From assembly GCA_965208575.1 (NCBI GenBank), contig CBDBOV010000001.1, positions 1 through 64,000 of the forward strand: a DNA stretch of 64,000 bases, given 5' to 3'. The position numbers and the translations under genes were made by a program. A model generated the notes under the pieces. It was not told the DNA's origin, did no database searches, and saw only the letters and a program-made list of their open reading frames with translations. Position 1 is the stretch's first letter. Each line of letters opens with the position of its first letter. This document shows positions 32,891-44,753 of the stretch, piece by piece. The DNA comes from Spirochaetia bacterium. GTDB taxonomy: Bacteria; Spirochaetota; Spirochaetia; SZUA-6; Bin103.

Positions 32891-32990
32891 CGTGCCGGCT
32901 GGCGCACGAGGTTTTGGCGTCGTTCTGCATCGCCTGCCGCACTACGGCGCGCCGGTGACCGCCCGGTGGGCCGGCGCTCCCCCCGGCTAC

Positions 32991-33072
32991 CGCCCCAACA
33001 CCGCCGCCCGACGCTCGGCAGCCGGGCGCCGCGCCGCTCCCGGTGGGACGCCGGGCTCCACCACGGGCTGCT
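32991..33072 (+). repeat. Degenerate direct repeat of 37195-37265, flanking ABC module 3
   Basis: Shared CGCCCC..ACCGCCG, CGCCGCGCCGCTC and GACGCCGGG.TCCAC.ACGGGCTGCT. Confidence 0.65.
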
Positions 33073-33970
33073 AGCGCTCGGTGCTGCCGCGCAGGCGCGG
33101 GTCGAGCAGGTCGCGCAGGGCATCGCCAAGCATGTTCAGGCTGTACACGATCACGGTCAGGCAGACGCCGGGCCAGAACGCCAGCCACGGCGCCGACTCC
33201 ATGTACAGCAGCCCCTCCTGGCTCAGCATGCCGCCCCAGTCCGGCATGCCGGACGGCAGGCCGTAGCCCAGGAAGCTCAGCGCCGCGGCCGACAGGATGT
33301 TGCCGCCCACGCTGATCGAGAACACGATGATCATCGGCGCCATGATGTTGGGCACCACGTGGCGCATCAGCGTCCAGCCGGTGCTCGTGCCGATGGCGCG
33401 CGCCGCCTGGAAGTAGTCGTTCTCCTTGATCGCAATCACCGCGCTGCGCGGCACCCGTGAGCCTTCCACGCCGCCCGCCACGCCCAGCACCACGATCATC
33501 TGCAGCAGGCCCTTGCCGGTCAGCGACATGATGGTCAGCAGCAGCAGCAGCCCCGGGAACGCGATCCAGGCATCGACCACCCGCTGCACCGCGATGTCCA
33601 CCTTGCCGCCGATGAATCCCGAGCCGCCCCCCACCAGAATCGCCACCAGCACGTTGATCACGGTGGCGGACAGCCCCACCAGCAGCGAGATGCGCGCGCC
33701 GTAGATCAGCCGGGTCAACAGGTCGCGCCCCACCTGGTCGGTGCCCAGCAGGTGGGCCGCCGACGAACCCTGCAGCCGATTGATCACGTTCAACTCGTCG
33801 GGCGGGTAGGGGGCGATCGCGTCGGCGAAGATCGCCGACAGGACGAACAGCAGCACCACGCCCGCGCAGGCGGTGCCGAGTGGCTTGGTCTTGACCATCT
33901 TGACCGCGAAATCGATCACGCCGGAGCGCCGCCTCACTTCCTGTTGCGCCTCGGTCGCCACTTCGCTCAT
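33071..33970 (-). CDS. ABC permease, DppC-like
   Basis: Paralog of 18833-19750; LGTDQVGRD, GDALRDLLDP. Confidence 0.93.
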   Translation of the reverse strand: MSEVATEAQQEVRRRSGVIDFAVKMVKTKPLGTACAGVVLLFVLSAIFADAIAPYPPDELNVINRLQGSSAAHLLGTDQVGRDLLTRLIYGARISLLVGLSATVINVLVAILVGGGSGFIGGKVDIAVQRVVDAWIAFPGLLLLLTIMSLTGKGLLQMIVVLGVAGGVEGSRVPRSAVIAIKENDYFQAARAIGTSTGWTLMRHVVPNIMAPMIIVFSISVGGNILSAAALSFLGYGLPSGMPDWGGMLSQEGLLYMESAPWLAFWPGVCLTVIVYSLNMLGDALRDLLDPRLRGSTER

Positions 33971-33983
33971 CGCTGCCGCTCTC

Positions 33984-34946
33984 CTACCGGTACCTGATCC
34001 TGGGATCCAGGGAGGCGTATACCAGGTCGATCAACAGGTTGTTGGCTATCACCACGCTGCCGAACATCAGGTTCACCCCCTGCACCACCGGGTAGTCGCG
34101 CTCCTGCAGGGCGAGCACCATCAGCCGGCCCAGCCCCGGCAGGTTGAAGATGTTTTCGATGATCACCGAGCCGCCGACCAGGATCGGAAGCTGCATGCCG
34201 ATGATGGTCACTATCGGGATCATGCCGTTCTTGATCGCGTGGCGCACCACCACCACCCGCTCGCGCAGCCCCTTGGACCAGGCGGTGCGGATGTAGTCCT
34301 GGCGCAGCACCTCCAGCATCATGGTGCGCGTCATCCGCATCAGGCCCGCGGCGCTGCCGGTGCCCAGAATCAGGCTCGGGATCAGGAACATCGCCAGGTT
34401 GCCCGGCGGGTTGTCGATGAACCGCACCAGCCGCAGCGGCGGCGACCAGCCCCACCAGATGGCGGGGTAGACCATCACCATGATGCCGAGCCAGAAGTTC
34501 GGCGTGGCCAGCCCGATGATCGCCGCCGAGCGGCCGGCGTAGTCGGCCACCCCGTCGCGGCGCACCGCGGAGTAGATCCCCACCGGCAGCGCGATCGTCC
34601 AGCCGATCAGGATGGCCAGCAGGCCGAGTTCCAGCGTCACCGGCAGCCGTCCCAGGATGCGCTGCTCGATGGTGAACTCGTGCATCAGCGACTCGCCGAA
34701 CGTGCCGCGCACCAGTATGCCGGCGATCCAGTCGGCGTACTGCACGTAGATCGGCCGGTCCAGCCCCAGGACGCGCTCGAACGCCTCGCGGTCCATGTCG
34801 AGCAGGGCGCCCGACAGCATCATCTGCTGCATCATCATGTCGATCACGTCGCCGGGAATGAAGCGCACGGACATGAACACCAGGACCGAGAGAATGAACA
34901 GGGTGGGAATCATGAGCAGTATGCGCCGGATCACGTATGCCCGCAT
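33984..34946 (-). CDS. ABC permease, DppB-like
   Basis: Close paralog of 17876-18832. Confidence 0.93.
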   Translation of the reverse strand: MRAYVIRRILLMIPTLFILSVLVFMSVRFIPGDVIDMMMQQMMLSGALLDMDREAFERVLGLDRPIYVQYADWIAGILVRGTFGESLMHEFTIEQRILGRLPVTLELGLLAILIGWTIALPVGIYSAVRRDGVADYAGRSAAIIGLATPNFWLGIMVMVYPAIWWGWSPPLRLVRFIDNPPGNLAMFLIPSLILGTGSAAGLMRMTRTMMLEVLRQDYIRTAWSKGLRERVVVVRHAIKNGMIPIVTIIGMQLPILVGGSVIIENIFNLPGLGRLMVLALQERDYPVVQGVNLMFGSVVIANNLLIDLVYASLDPRIRYR

Positions 34947-34982
34947 GTCACCATCCCCATCCTGACAACGCAGTAAAGAAAA

Positions 34983-35013
34983 GTGGGATGACGGAACGCC
35001 GCCGCCATCCCAC
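34983..35013 (-). terminator. Stem-loop between SBP and permease
   Basis: GTGGGATG.CGG / CCG.CATCCCAC. Confidence 0.5.
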
Positions 35014-35041
35014 CGTCAGCACCAGTCGACAGAGCTTCCGT

Positions 35042-36853
35042 TTAGAAGCCCAGTTCCTTCTTCAGATCCTGGTCGAGCCACATGCGCGAGAACAGCAGCG
35101 CGCGGTCCATGTCGCCCGCCTCGCTCTCGCCGTTGAAGCCCTTCACCCACGGCCAGTGGGCGCTGAAGGCCGGTACGCGTGCGCCCCAGATCAACCAGTG
35201 CCCGTCGACCAGGAACTGCGCGGCCTTGCGCGCCAGCCGTTGGCGCTCCTCCAGCGTGGTGGCGGCCTGCACCTCTTCCACCATGGCGTCGTACACCGGG
35301 TCGGCGTGGCCGGCTGGATTCCAGGCGCCGGGATTCGTGGTCCAGTGCAGCAGTTGCCCGATCGGGTTCCACTCGTAGCCGGAGATGCCGGAACGGATGT
35401 CGTATTCCAGGGCGGTGGTGCGCTGGCCCATTTCGGCGCCGTCCGGCACCACTATGGTCACGTCGATGCCCACCTTGCGCCAGCCGTCGGCGATCAGTTC
35501 CTTCCAGCCGCGATCGTCGCTGGCGCCGATCATGAACTCCAGCTTGAACCGGGTGCCGTCGTCCCCGCGCGGCAGGCCGGCCGCGTCGAGCAGCGCCTCG
35601 GCGCCCTCCGGATCGTAGGAGTAGTAGCCCTTGATCTCGTCGGGCCAGTCGTCCCAGGTGCTCGCATAGCCGGTCAGGCCGTCGCCGAGCCAGCCCTGCG
35701 GCCTGAGGCTGGCGTAGCCCTTGAAATAGGTCTCGCCCCAGCCCTCGATGTCCAACGCCATCTGCAGCGCGTGGCGCACCCGCACGTCGTCGAACGGCGG
35801 CCGGTTGACGTTGATAATCGGCGAAGTCTCCGATCGGTAGGAGTAGGGCTGCAGCACGATGTCGGGGTTGGATTTCTTGATGCTTTCCACCAGGTCGATA
35901 CCGTTGATCTGCGAGCTGCCGGAGTAGCCGATGAAGTCGACCTTGCCCGAGCGCAGCGCCGCCACGCGGGTCTGCGGCTCCGGCATCACCAGGGCGACCA
36001 ACTCGTCCACGTAGGGAAGCTGGTTGTCCGGGAAGCGCTCATCGTGCTTCCAGTAGTTGGGGGCCTTGTTGAAGGTCACCGAGCTTGCCTCCACCCAGTC
36101 GACCAGCTCGAACGGCCCGGTGCCGACCAGGTTGCGCCAGTCGGCCACGTCGCCGTGCTCCATGATCACCTCGGGCGGGTAGATGAAGGCGATGTTCTGG
36201 ATCAGCAGGGTCTTGACGATGTCCAGATTGGGCGCATCCAGCGTGAAGATCACCTGGTTGCCGTCGGCGGAAACCGCCGTGATGCCGCCCTTGGTGAGCG
36301 GCGGAGCCACCCCGGCCACGCCCTCCGGCACCTCCGTGAAGCCGCTGCCGAGGCCAAGGTAACGGTGGAAGTTGAACACCACGTCCTCCGCGGTCAGCTC
36401 GCGGCCGTTCATCGGCGCCTTGTCGTGCCAGTGCACGCCGGAGCGGATGTTGAACACCACCGTGGTGGAATCGGGCTGCTCCCAGCTCTCCGCCAGCCGG
36501 CCCACCACGATGTCGTCGGGCAGGTAGTTGGTGCGGAAGTCGAAGTAGTTGCGGTCCACCCCCATGTTGGCCATGCCCAGCTTCTCCACCACGAGCGCCG
36601 CGACCATCGCCGGCGGGTGGCGGTAGAAGGTATCGGGGTTGGGCGGATCGTTGCGCAGGGCGTAGGTGAGGGTGCCGCCATACTCGGGGGCGGTAACCAT
36701 CGCCCCGGTGGTGGGATCGAGCACCATCTCCTTCTCCATGCCGGCGGCCTCCTCCGCCTCCGCGGCGGCCCACGCCATGCCCGCGGCCAGCGCCAGCACG
36801 GCCAGCACCACGAGCAGCCTGCTCGAGGCAAATGCGATTGTCTTCACATTCAT
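35042..36853 (-). CDS. ABC substrate-binding protein, family 5
   Basis: Paralog of 15866-17680; AAGGAG RBS (start ATG 36853 or GTG 36847); PEYGG, GVHWHDK. Confidence 0.92.
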   Translation of the reverse strand: MNVKTIAFASSRLLVVLAVLALAAGMAWAAAEAEEAAGMEKEMVLDPTTGAMVTAPEYGGTLTYALRNDPPNPDTFYRHPPAMVAALVVEKLGMANMGVDRNYFDFRTNYLPDDIVVGRLAESWEQPDSTTVVFNIRSGVHWHDKAPMNGRELTAEDVVFNFHRYLGLGSGFTEVPEGVAGVAPPLTKGGITAVSADGNQVIFTLDAPNLDIVKTLLIQNIAFIYPPEVIMEHGDVADWRNLVGTGPFELVDWVEASSVTFNKAPNYWKHDERFPDNQLPYVDELVALVMPEPQTRVAALRSGKVDFIGYSGSSQINGIDLVESIKKSNPDIVLQPYSYRSETSPIINVNRPPFDDVRVRHALQMALDIEGWGETYFKGYASLRPQGWLGDGLTGYASTWDDWPDEIKGYYSYDPEGAEALLDAAGLPRGDDGTRFKLEFMIGASDDRGWKELIADGWRKVGIDVTIVVPDGAEMGQRTTALEYDIRSGISGYEWNPIGQLLHWTTNPGAWNPAGHADPVYDAMVEEVQAATTLEERQRLARKAAQFLVDGHWLIWGARVPAFSAHWPWVKGFNGESEAGDMDRALLFSRMWLDQDLKKELGF

Positions 36854-37015
36854 CTCCTTTGCGAGAGGACGAGAAAGGGTCACCGGCCCGCCCTCCTCTC
36901 CGACGGTTCAGGGGCAGCGACGTGCAGTGCGGTGCTCCGGTGCATTCCCTTGCCGGTGTAATCCTCTCGGTGCTGAGTCGGTGAAGGGCGCGTGCCGGAC
37001 AGCGGCACAATCGTC

Positions 37016-37043
37016 ATTATAGCCCAGGGGGCGGGAGCGTCAA
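37016..37043 (-). promoter_or_regulatory. Putative sigma70 promoter of ABC module 3
   Basis: TTGACG-16 bp-TATAAT on the minus strand. Confidence 0.65.
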
Positions 37044-37331
37044 GCTTGCGATTCTTGCGACTCCGTCAGCAACACTCCCACCGGCCCTTGGGCCGCCACA
37101 GTCATGGAACAGCGAGGCAGCCCGTGGCCAAACCCCGGCTGCATTGAATGCGGCGCTGCATCCCGGCTGGCCGCGTTGCTCCTCGCTCACCCATCGCCCC
37201 GAAACCGCCGTCCAATGGACGCCGCGCCGCTCTCGTTGCGACGCCGGGTTCCACTACGGGCTGCTCGTCCCCGGGAGCACTCCCGCCGGCACTGCTCAAA
37301 CCGGCGCCGCGGCGCGCCGATACTGGTACGT

Positions 37332-37416
37332 GAGCCTGTGCGGTGACTCCGTGACAAGGAAGACGACGAAACCGATGCCCAAGCATAGCCCGCCGGCCGG
37401 CTTTTTCGGACCAGGG
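37332..37416 (-). repeat. Dispersed repeat, copy C
   Basis: Reverse complement reads CCCTGGTCCGAAAAAGCCGGCCGGCGGGCTATGCTTGGGCATCG...GTCACGGAGTCACCGCACAGGCTC. Confidence 0.88.
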
Positions 37417-38081
37417 ATGCGGGAATCAACCACGCCGACGGTCCGGGTACCGGCCAAACTGGCCCAGCGGGCGCTGCTGCGCGCTCGACAGGAGGTGGAC
37501 CCGGGCTGCCAACTGCTGATGACCGGCGCCACCGGCATGGTCGCACTGGTGCTGCCGGACCGGCTGCTCGACCGGCCGGAAACGCCCGAACTGGAGCTTC
37601 GCCTTGCCGCCATCGTCCGCCATCTGAGCTTGCGCGGGCACGTCACCGAAGCCGGCGAACTGCTTGCCGACGCGGCCCGCCGCGCGATCGGCGGGTCGCT
37701 CGCCTCCCGAACCGTCCGGAGAGTCGAGCCGGGACTGTCGCCCCGCGCGCGGCCGCGCCGCGCCGGGAACGTAGCCCCTCTCCGCGCCGCTCTGCGCTAG
37801 CCCCCATCCCCGGCACGCGCCCGCCTCGCGACCGGTCAGATCGTCGTGACCAACCCGGCCTCCCGGGTGCTGCGGTCGTCGGTCAGAGCAGCGCCGCGCC
37901 GTGCACGTGACCGCTCGCCACGACGATCCCATCGGCGGGACCGCGGTGCGACGAGTCGGGCAGGGCCGCCACCCCGGCGGCAGTGGATGGAGGCGGCAGT
38001 AGATGGCGACAGCTCCACGACTTCAGACCCGCGCAATGACTTCGAACCCTTGAACCGGATAAAAGCTTGACGCCTATCGAC

Positions 38082-39521
38082 TTACACGATCTTGCTAGAT
38101 TTCAACTGTAGCTCATCTACAGAGCAGCACAGGTACTCGGCTGCCGATTCGGCGGAGATCACCCCCTTCCGGAATGCTCTAACCACCAACCTGGCAAAAC
38201 GTCCGCGTCGAGTGATGGGTGTACTCGATATCGGAAAGAAGTCCACCGCGAAATTCTCGACTCCCCTCCAGTCATCTCCATTGTCGGCAGGGACATCCCA
38301 TGGAGGATCTTCTTTCTGATGGCTTGCATTCACGACATGATACGATGCGGCCGTAACGCTGATACCATACTTGGAAACAACCCGGCTCACATCCTCCGGG
38401 GTAAATGGCGGTTGCGCCATGTCTCGCACGTTCTCAATCGGTGCGAGGAAGCTTATCGCGAAGGAATTCGCTCGCTGCTCGATGCGGTAGCCCTTGATGT
38501 CAGCAACAGCTAAGGCGTGTCTTGGATCAGAGGCAAGCCCGTCATAAGTATCGACTTGAACCTTATTCAGGTATTCCTCTGGATCGTACAATAGATGTGC
38601 TATTTCGTGGGCGATAGTTGCTCGCCTTACCAAAGGGTTCTCGTTCCCACCCATGAGATTCAAGACTATGCCCCGCCTCGTCTCATTACCGTCTGTCACC
38701 GAAATCGTAGCCCCTGCGATAGACTTCTGGGCAAGCTCAACATGGATAACTGGGATGCACAACGTGTCCTCCACCAGCTCCCGCATGGAATTCACCGGGG
38801 CAGATCCGAGTTCTAGGATCTGTCGCGCTCTTTCGGAAAGCTCCTGTCCCACTCGCCATGCTGGATTATTGATGTGCCCGTAGTAACCGTCGGGCTCGAA
38901 CTCACGACGTTGTGAAGAACTGATTCCAAGACTCCTCATCAGCCGGTGTTGCACTCGGATTACCGATGCCGCTTCCGCGAACGACAATACCGACGTTGGG
39001 CTCAACGCTGTGTCCTCGTTATCCGATCGCATTTCTCTTAGTCTCGCACCAATTGCGGTGTCTACGGCGAATTCCTGATATGCGATCTGTGCTTCGTCTA
39101 GCCCGAGCTTGAACGCCACTCGTTCGATTTCCTGAACCGTCACCTGGTCACCGCCTGACGAGCATTCGATCTCCTCTATAGTTCCGAGTTCCAACCCTGC
39201 GAAGCGCGCCAGCTGTTTTCTCGTAAGCCCCATCGACTCTCGCTGCCTACTGATTGCGTTACCGGCGGCGTTGGGCTCTTTCAGAAGAAGGGCGGTCCCG
39301 TCAATTACGGCCTCTTCCAGGACATCGAAACCATAATTCGCCAATGCCTCTCGCGCGCTGATCACATGTCCTTGGGGTGTGCCTTCGTACGTGCCAGCAC
39401 GACTCAGCTGTGCACGTCCTCGTACAAACTCTACGTTTGATCTCTGGCAAGCTTCTTCGGGCGTCAAGCCGTCTGTCGCACCAAATACTCTCTCAAGTCG
39501 TTTTTTCGTGTCCATGCTCAT
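38082..39521 (-). CDS. XRE-HTH plus ImmA/IrrE (M78) metallopeptidase fusion
   Basis: HTH-like RESMGLTRKQLA; HExxH in AHEIAH; EQRANSFA..L.P; lower GC. Confidence 0.85.
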   Translation of the reverse strand: MSMDTKKRLERVFGATDGLTPEEACQRSNVEFVRGRAQLSRAGTYEGTPQGHVISAREALANYGFDVLEEAVIDGTALLLKEPNAAGNAISRQRESMGLTRKQLARFAGLELGTIEEIECSSGGDQVTVQEIERVAFKLGLDEAQIAYQEFAVDTAIGARLREMRSDNEDTALSPTSVLSFAEAASVIRVQHRLMRSLGISSSQRREFEPDGYYGHINNPAWRVGQELSERARQILELGSAPVNSMRELVEDTLCIPVIHVELAQKSIAGATISVTDGNETRRGIVLNLMGGNENPLVRRATIAHEIAHLLYDPEEYLNKVQVDTYDGLASDPRHALAVADIKGYRIEQRANSFAISFLAPIENVRDMAQPPFTPEDVSRVVSKYGISVTAASYHVVNASHQKEDPPWDVPADNGDDWRGVENFAVDFFPISSTPITRRGRFARLVVRAFRKGVISAESAAEYLCCSVDELQLKSSKIV

Positions 39522-40006
39522 GTCGAATAGATCTTTGGCTGTCCGTCTTTCCAGCCCAACGAGGATACGGTATATCCATAATCCTCGAATACAGTTACAG
39601 CGTCCGAAAGCTGTTGCTCATTGCGGGGACCGTATCTACCCGACTTTCCGGACAGAACCAACGATGACTCAGTCTGGAACCATAGTTCGCCCCCTACCGA
39701 AGCCGGCTTTCCTCCCGTCAGGTTCGTGTGCTTTGGCAATTTCCCTCCGAGCTCAGGCAGCGCACATTCCAGGATGTACGGAATACGACACAAGTCGATT
39801 ATCCATAGGTATAGGTGCGTGGTGAGATCATTGCGGTATTTCGGTGGCAATCCGCCAATCATGACGCCTTTGGCCGGTGCCGGCGGCAGAGGAGACAAAT
39901 CCGGTAGCGGTATCCACTCATGTGCCTCATAGTAAGTTACATCATTCGGCGGTCGACGTGGATACCTGCAGCAAAACTCAGCGCACGTCATCAAAGCGTC
40001 CCGCAC
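39518..40006 (-). CDS. Small toxin-like protein, translationally coupled to the peptidase gene
   Basis: ATGA overlap at 39518-39521; H..L.GG....GGE...SG.SGRY.P resembles the H...AGE...SGHY.P pattern of Ntox43-type polymorphic toxin domains (from memory). Confidence 0.55.
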   Translation of the reverse strand: MRDALMTCAEFCCRYPRRPPNDVTYYEAHEWIPLPDLSPLPPAPAKGVMIGGLPPKYRNDLTTHLYLWIIDLCRIPYILECALPELGGKLPKHTNLTGGKPASVGGELWFQTESSLVLSGKSGRYGPRNEQQLSDAVTVFEDYGYTVSSLGWKDGQPKIYST

Positions 40007-40666
40007 ACCTCATGGAGGACTCGACCGAGTCTTCGAAAGGGATCTCAATAGGTGACTACCTCCTCTCACTTTGCAATCGCTATCGCCGGTCGGCCGCTCT
40101 CGCCGAATACTAACTCGCCGCGGGCCACCTCTTCGCGCTGAGGAAGCATAGCACGGAGTGGCCCTCGGAAGTTCTTTGCACACGTCAGAAGCGTCAGCCG
40201 GTAGTGACCACCTCGGCGTGAAGGATCTCCTGCAGACTGATCGATTCGACCACTATGGACGAGCCGCGCTCGCCAACCCGACCCAACGAACGAGGATGTG
40301 CGTGCCGAGGCACGCCTTAGAGTCTGCCCGGCCTCGGCTTCCCACGCGGCCGGCGGCAGCACCGACGACTCGATATCGCCAAGCTCGCGGACGGTGCCCC
40401 GCAGATCATCCTGTGGGTACCGCTGTTCCGGCAATAGCGGCGGAGCGAGTTGGGCCACCGCTCGGCCCCGCTTCAGAATCGTGGTCGGCTCCGGGGCGAG
40501 TCCACCTGATCAAGCAGCACCAAGTATGGGCCTTGAAACTCCGATGCGTTGATGGTCTCCACGATGTGATCAGGATACATAACCAGTCTTTAGGGGTCAA
40601 ACCGCTCGCTGATGCACCGATGCCCTGATGCACGGCGTTCCGCGGAACGCCGCTGCGACGGCACGA

Positions 40667-41422
40667 TCACTCTTTACCGGCAGCCTCTCCCGACCCGTTC
40701 TCGGGGTGCTCCGTGGGGTGGGTGCCCGTCAGCTTGGCGATGGCGTCGGCGACCGAGCGCTTGGTCGCGGGACGGGTGGGGCCGGTCGCGCGGTAGTCGA
40801 ACTTGCCGGTGAAGGCGAGCAGTTCTCCCGCCAGGCGGTCCCAGGCGCGCCCCTGCACCTCCGCCGTCTCTGCCACGAACGCCGCCAGCCGCGCGCCCGG
40901 AAGCGTGTCCCGCGCCATCGCCAGCGCGCCCTTCAGATGATCCAGGCAGAACCCCTTGGAGGCCAGGAACTCGGCGCGGAAATCCGCGTCCGTCCGCCAC
41001 AGGTGTACGATGGTATAGGCGTAGCGCAGAAATCGGTCGTGCAGCCGGTCGCAGATCAGGCAGCGGTCGAGTTGTTCGTCCACCAGGGCCGCCAGGCGGG
41101 CGAGTTCCTTCTTCAGCGCGCCGCCGCTCTTGCCGGCGGACAGGTGGCGCTCGAGCTTGCGGCGCAGCTCACCAAGGTGGGTGTGGGTGATCAGGGCAAG
41201 GCCAAGCCGGTTGCCGCCGTCGAGCAGCATCGGGAAGTGCGTGCGGCAGAAGCCGGCGTCGTTCACCTGCACGCGCATCTCCGGCACCATCACCGAGTGG
41301 CCCACGTAGAAGCGCACGAACTCCGCCTCCGCGCGCCGCAGCAGCAGGCACAACGGGCACTCGCTCCCGGCCCGGTACGCATCCCACACCGGGATCGTCT
41401 CCAGTTCGTACTTGATCGCCAC
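40667..41422 (-). CDS. DUF6062-like Cys-rich protein
   Basis: TIPVWDAY..ECPLC, GFC..H, C.IC, GFCLDH, F..KFDYR. Confidence 0.7.
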   Translation of the reverse strand: MAIKYELETIPVWDAYRAGSECPLCLLLRRAEAEFVRFYVGHSVMVPEMRVQVNDAGFCRTHFPMLLDGGNRLGLALITHTHLGELRRKLERHLSAGKSGGALKKELARLAALVDEQLDRCLICDRLHDRFLRYAYTIVHLWRTDADFRAEFLASKGFCLDHLKGALAMARDTLPGARLAAFVAETAEVQGRAWDRLAGELLAFTGKFDYRATGPTRPATKRSVADAIAKLTGTHPTEHPENGSGEAAGKE

Positions 41423-41648
41423 TGCTATCGGCTGGCGCGCTCGACTCCGCCGCCGGGAACGGTGGCAGCGGCAATCGGTGTGCGGTTCCTCAGGTGCGCG
41501 GGCACTGCGCCGGCGCGACCGTGCGTCGTGGTCGCCCGTCTCCCGCAGTGCCGAGTGTCGCTCCGGCCGGGCACGTTCCGTCCTTGCCGCCGGCGCAGTT
41601 GCGCGCAGGGGTACGCCAACGGCGGTCCCGTTGACCGGCTCGGTACGG

Positions 41649-42224
41649 CTACAGGCGGTCGAGCACGCTGCCCGCCGAGTGCGAGTCGGTGCAGCGGGCG
41701 CTGATTCCCAGCCGGTCGCGTGCTTCGCCGACCGGCGTGGTGGTGTAGGAGCCGGCGCCCCACGCGCGGTCCAGCAGCGGCGCCAGCACGGCCAGCAGGC
41801 GGGTGCGCGTGGCCTCGTCGTTGGGCGCCAGCGCGCGGTCGTTGACCACCACCTCGCACGCGCTCGCGTCGAAGTGCAGGCTGCCGCTGAACTCCGGCTC
41901 CTGCTCCAGCTTGCTGCACGCGGTGAGCGCGGCCCGGAACGCGTGCGCGGCGGCCTCCGCCGGCTCGGCGTCGTGCCGCGTGCGGCGGTTGTACAGCAGG
42001 CCGAGCCGGCCGCCGCCCTCGTCCAGCCCGTAGATCGCCTCGTGCGCCACCAGCACCACGCCGGGGCCCTCGGGAACGTGCCGGTAGTCGGCGACGTCGA
42101 TCAGCAGGCCCGGCAGCGCCTGCTCCTGGATCCAGCGGTGAAACACCGGGATCGCCTCCGTCAGGTCGATGCCGCCCGCCGCAGGAAACTTGACGTTCAC
42201 GTGCTGCAGCCATCGGTCACTCAT
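41649..42224 (-). CDS. Hypothetical protein downstream of the sulfite/nitrite reductase
   Basis: AGAAGAGGA RBS; 191 aa with typical codon bias; FHRWIQ..LIDVADYRHVP.GPG, NDR.LAPN. Confidence 0.75.
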   Translation of the reverse strand: MSDRWLQHVNVKFPAAGGIDLTEAIPVFHRWIQEQALPGLLIDVADYRHVPEGPGVVLVAHEAIYGLDEGGGRLGLLYNRRTRHDAEPAEAAAHAFRAALTACSKLEQEPEFSGSLHFDASACEVVVNDRALAPNDEATRTRLLAVLAPLLDRAWGAGSYTTTPVGEARDRLGISARCTDSHSAGSVLDRL

Positions 42225-42253
42225 GTCCTGATCCTCTTCTCGTCCGGCCCGAC

Positions 42254-44539
<2,286 letters not shown>

Positions 44540-44669
44540 AGAACCATAATGGGTAGCAGGAAATGCCGCGAACGTCAACGTCTGCCGCATCGCGTTGACG
44601 CCGCGCGAACCCGAGACGACGATTGCTGAGATCGTCGCTGTCGCATCCCGCGGCGGCCCGGTACGATCA

Positions 44670-44751
44670 TGGTCCGAACAAGCCGACCGGCGGACGATGT
44701 CTGGCCATCGATTTGATAGTATTCCATGTCACGGAGTGGCTGTGCAGACTC
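44670..44751 (+). repeat. Dispersed repeat, copy D (most diverged; abuts the PptH-like start)
   Basis: TGGTCCGAACAAGCCGACCGGCGGACGATG...CATCG...TGTCACGGAGTGGCTGTGCAGACTC. Confidence 0.8.
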
Positions 44752-44753
44752 AT

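Noticed and set aside
37420-38070. Short ORFs flanking the lower-GC islet (also 40070-40630, 22450-22560, 53630-53870)
   Set aside because: They look like decayed gene fragments, but no family can be assigned from the sequence alone.
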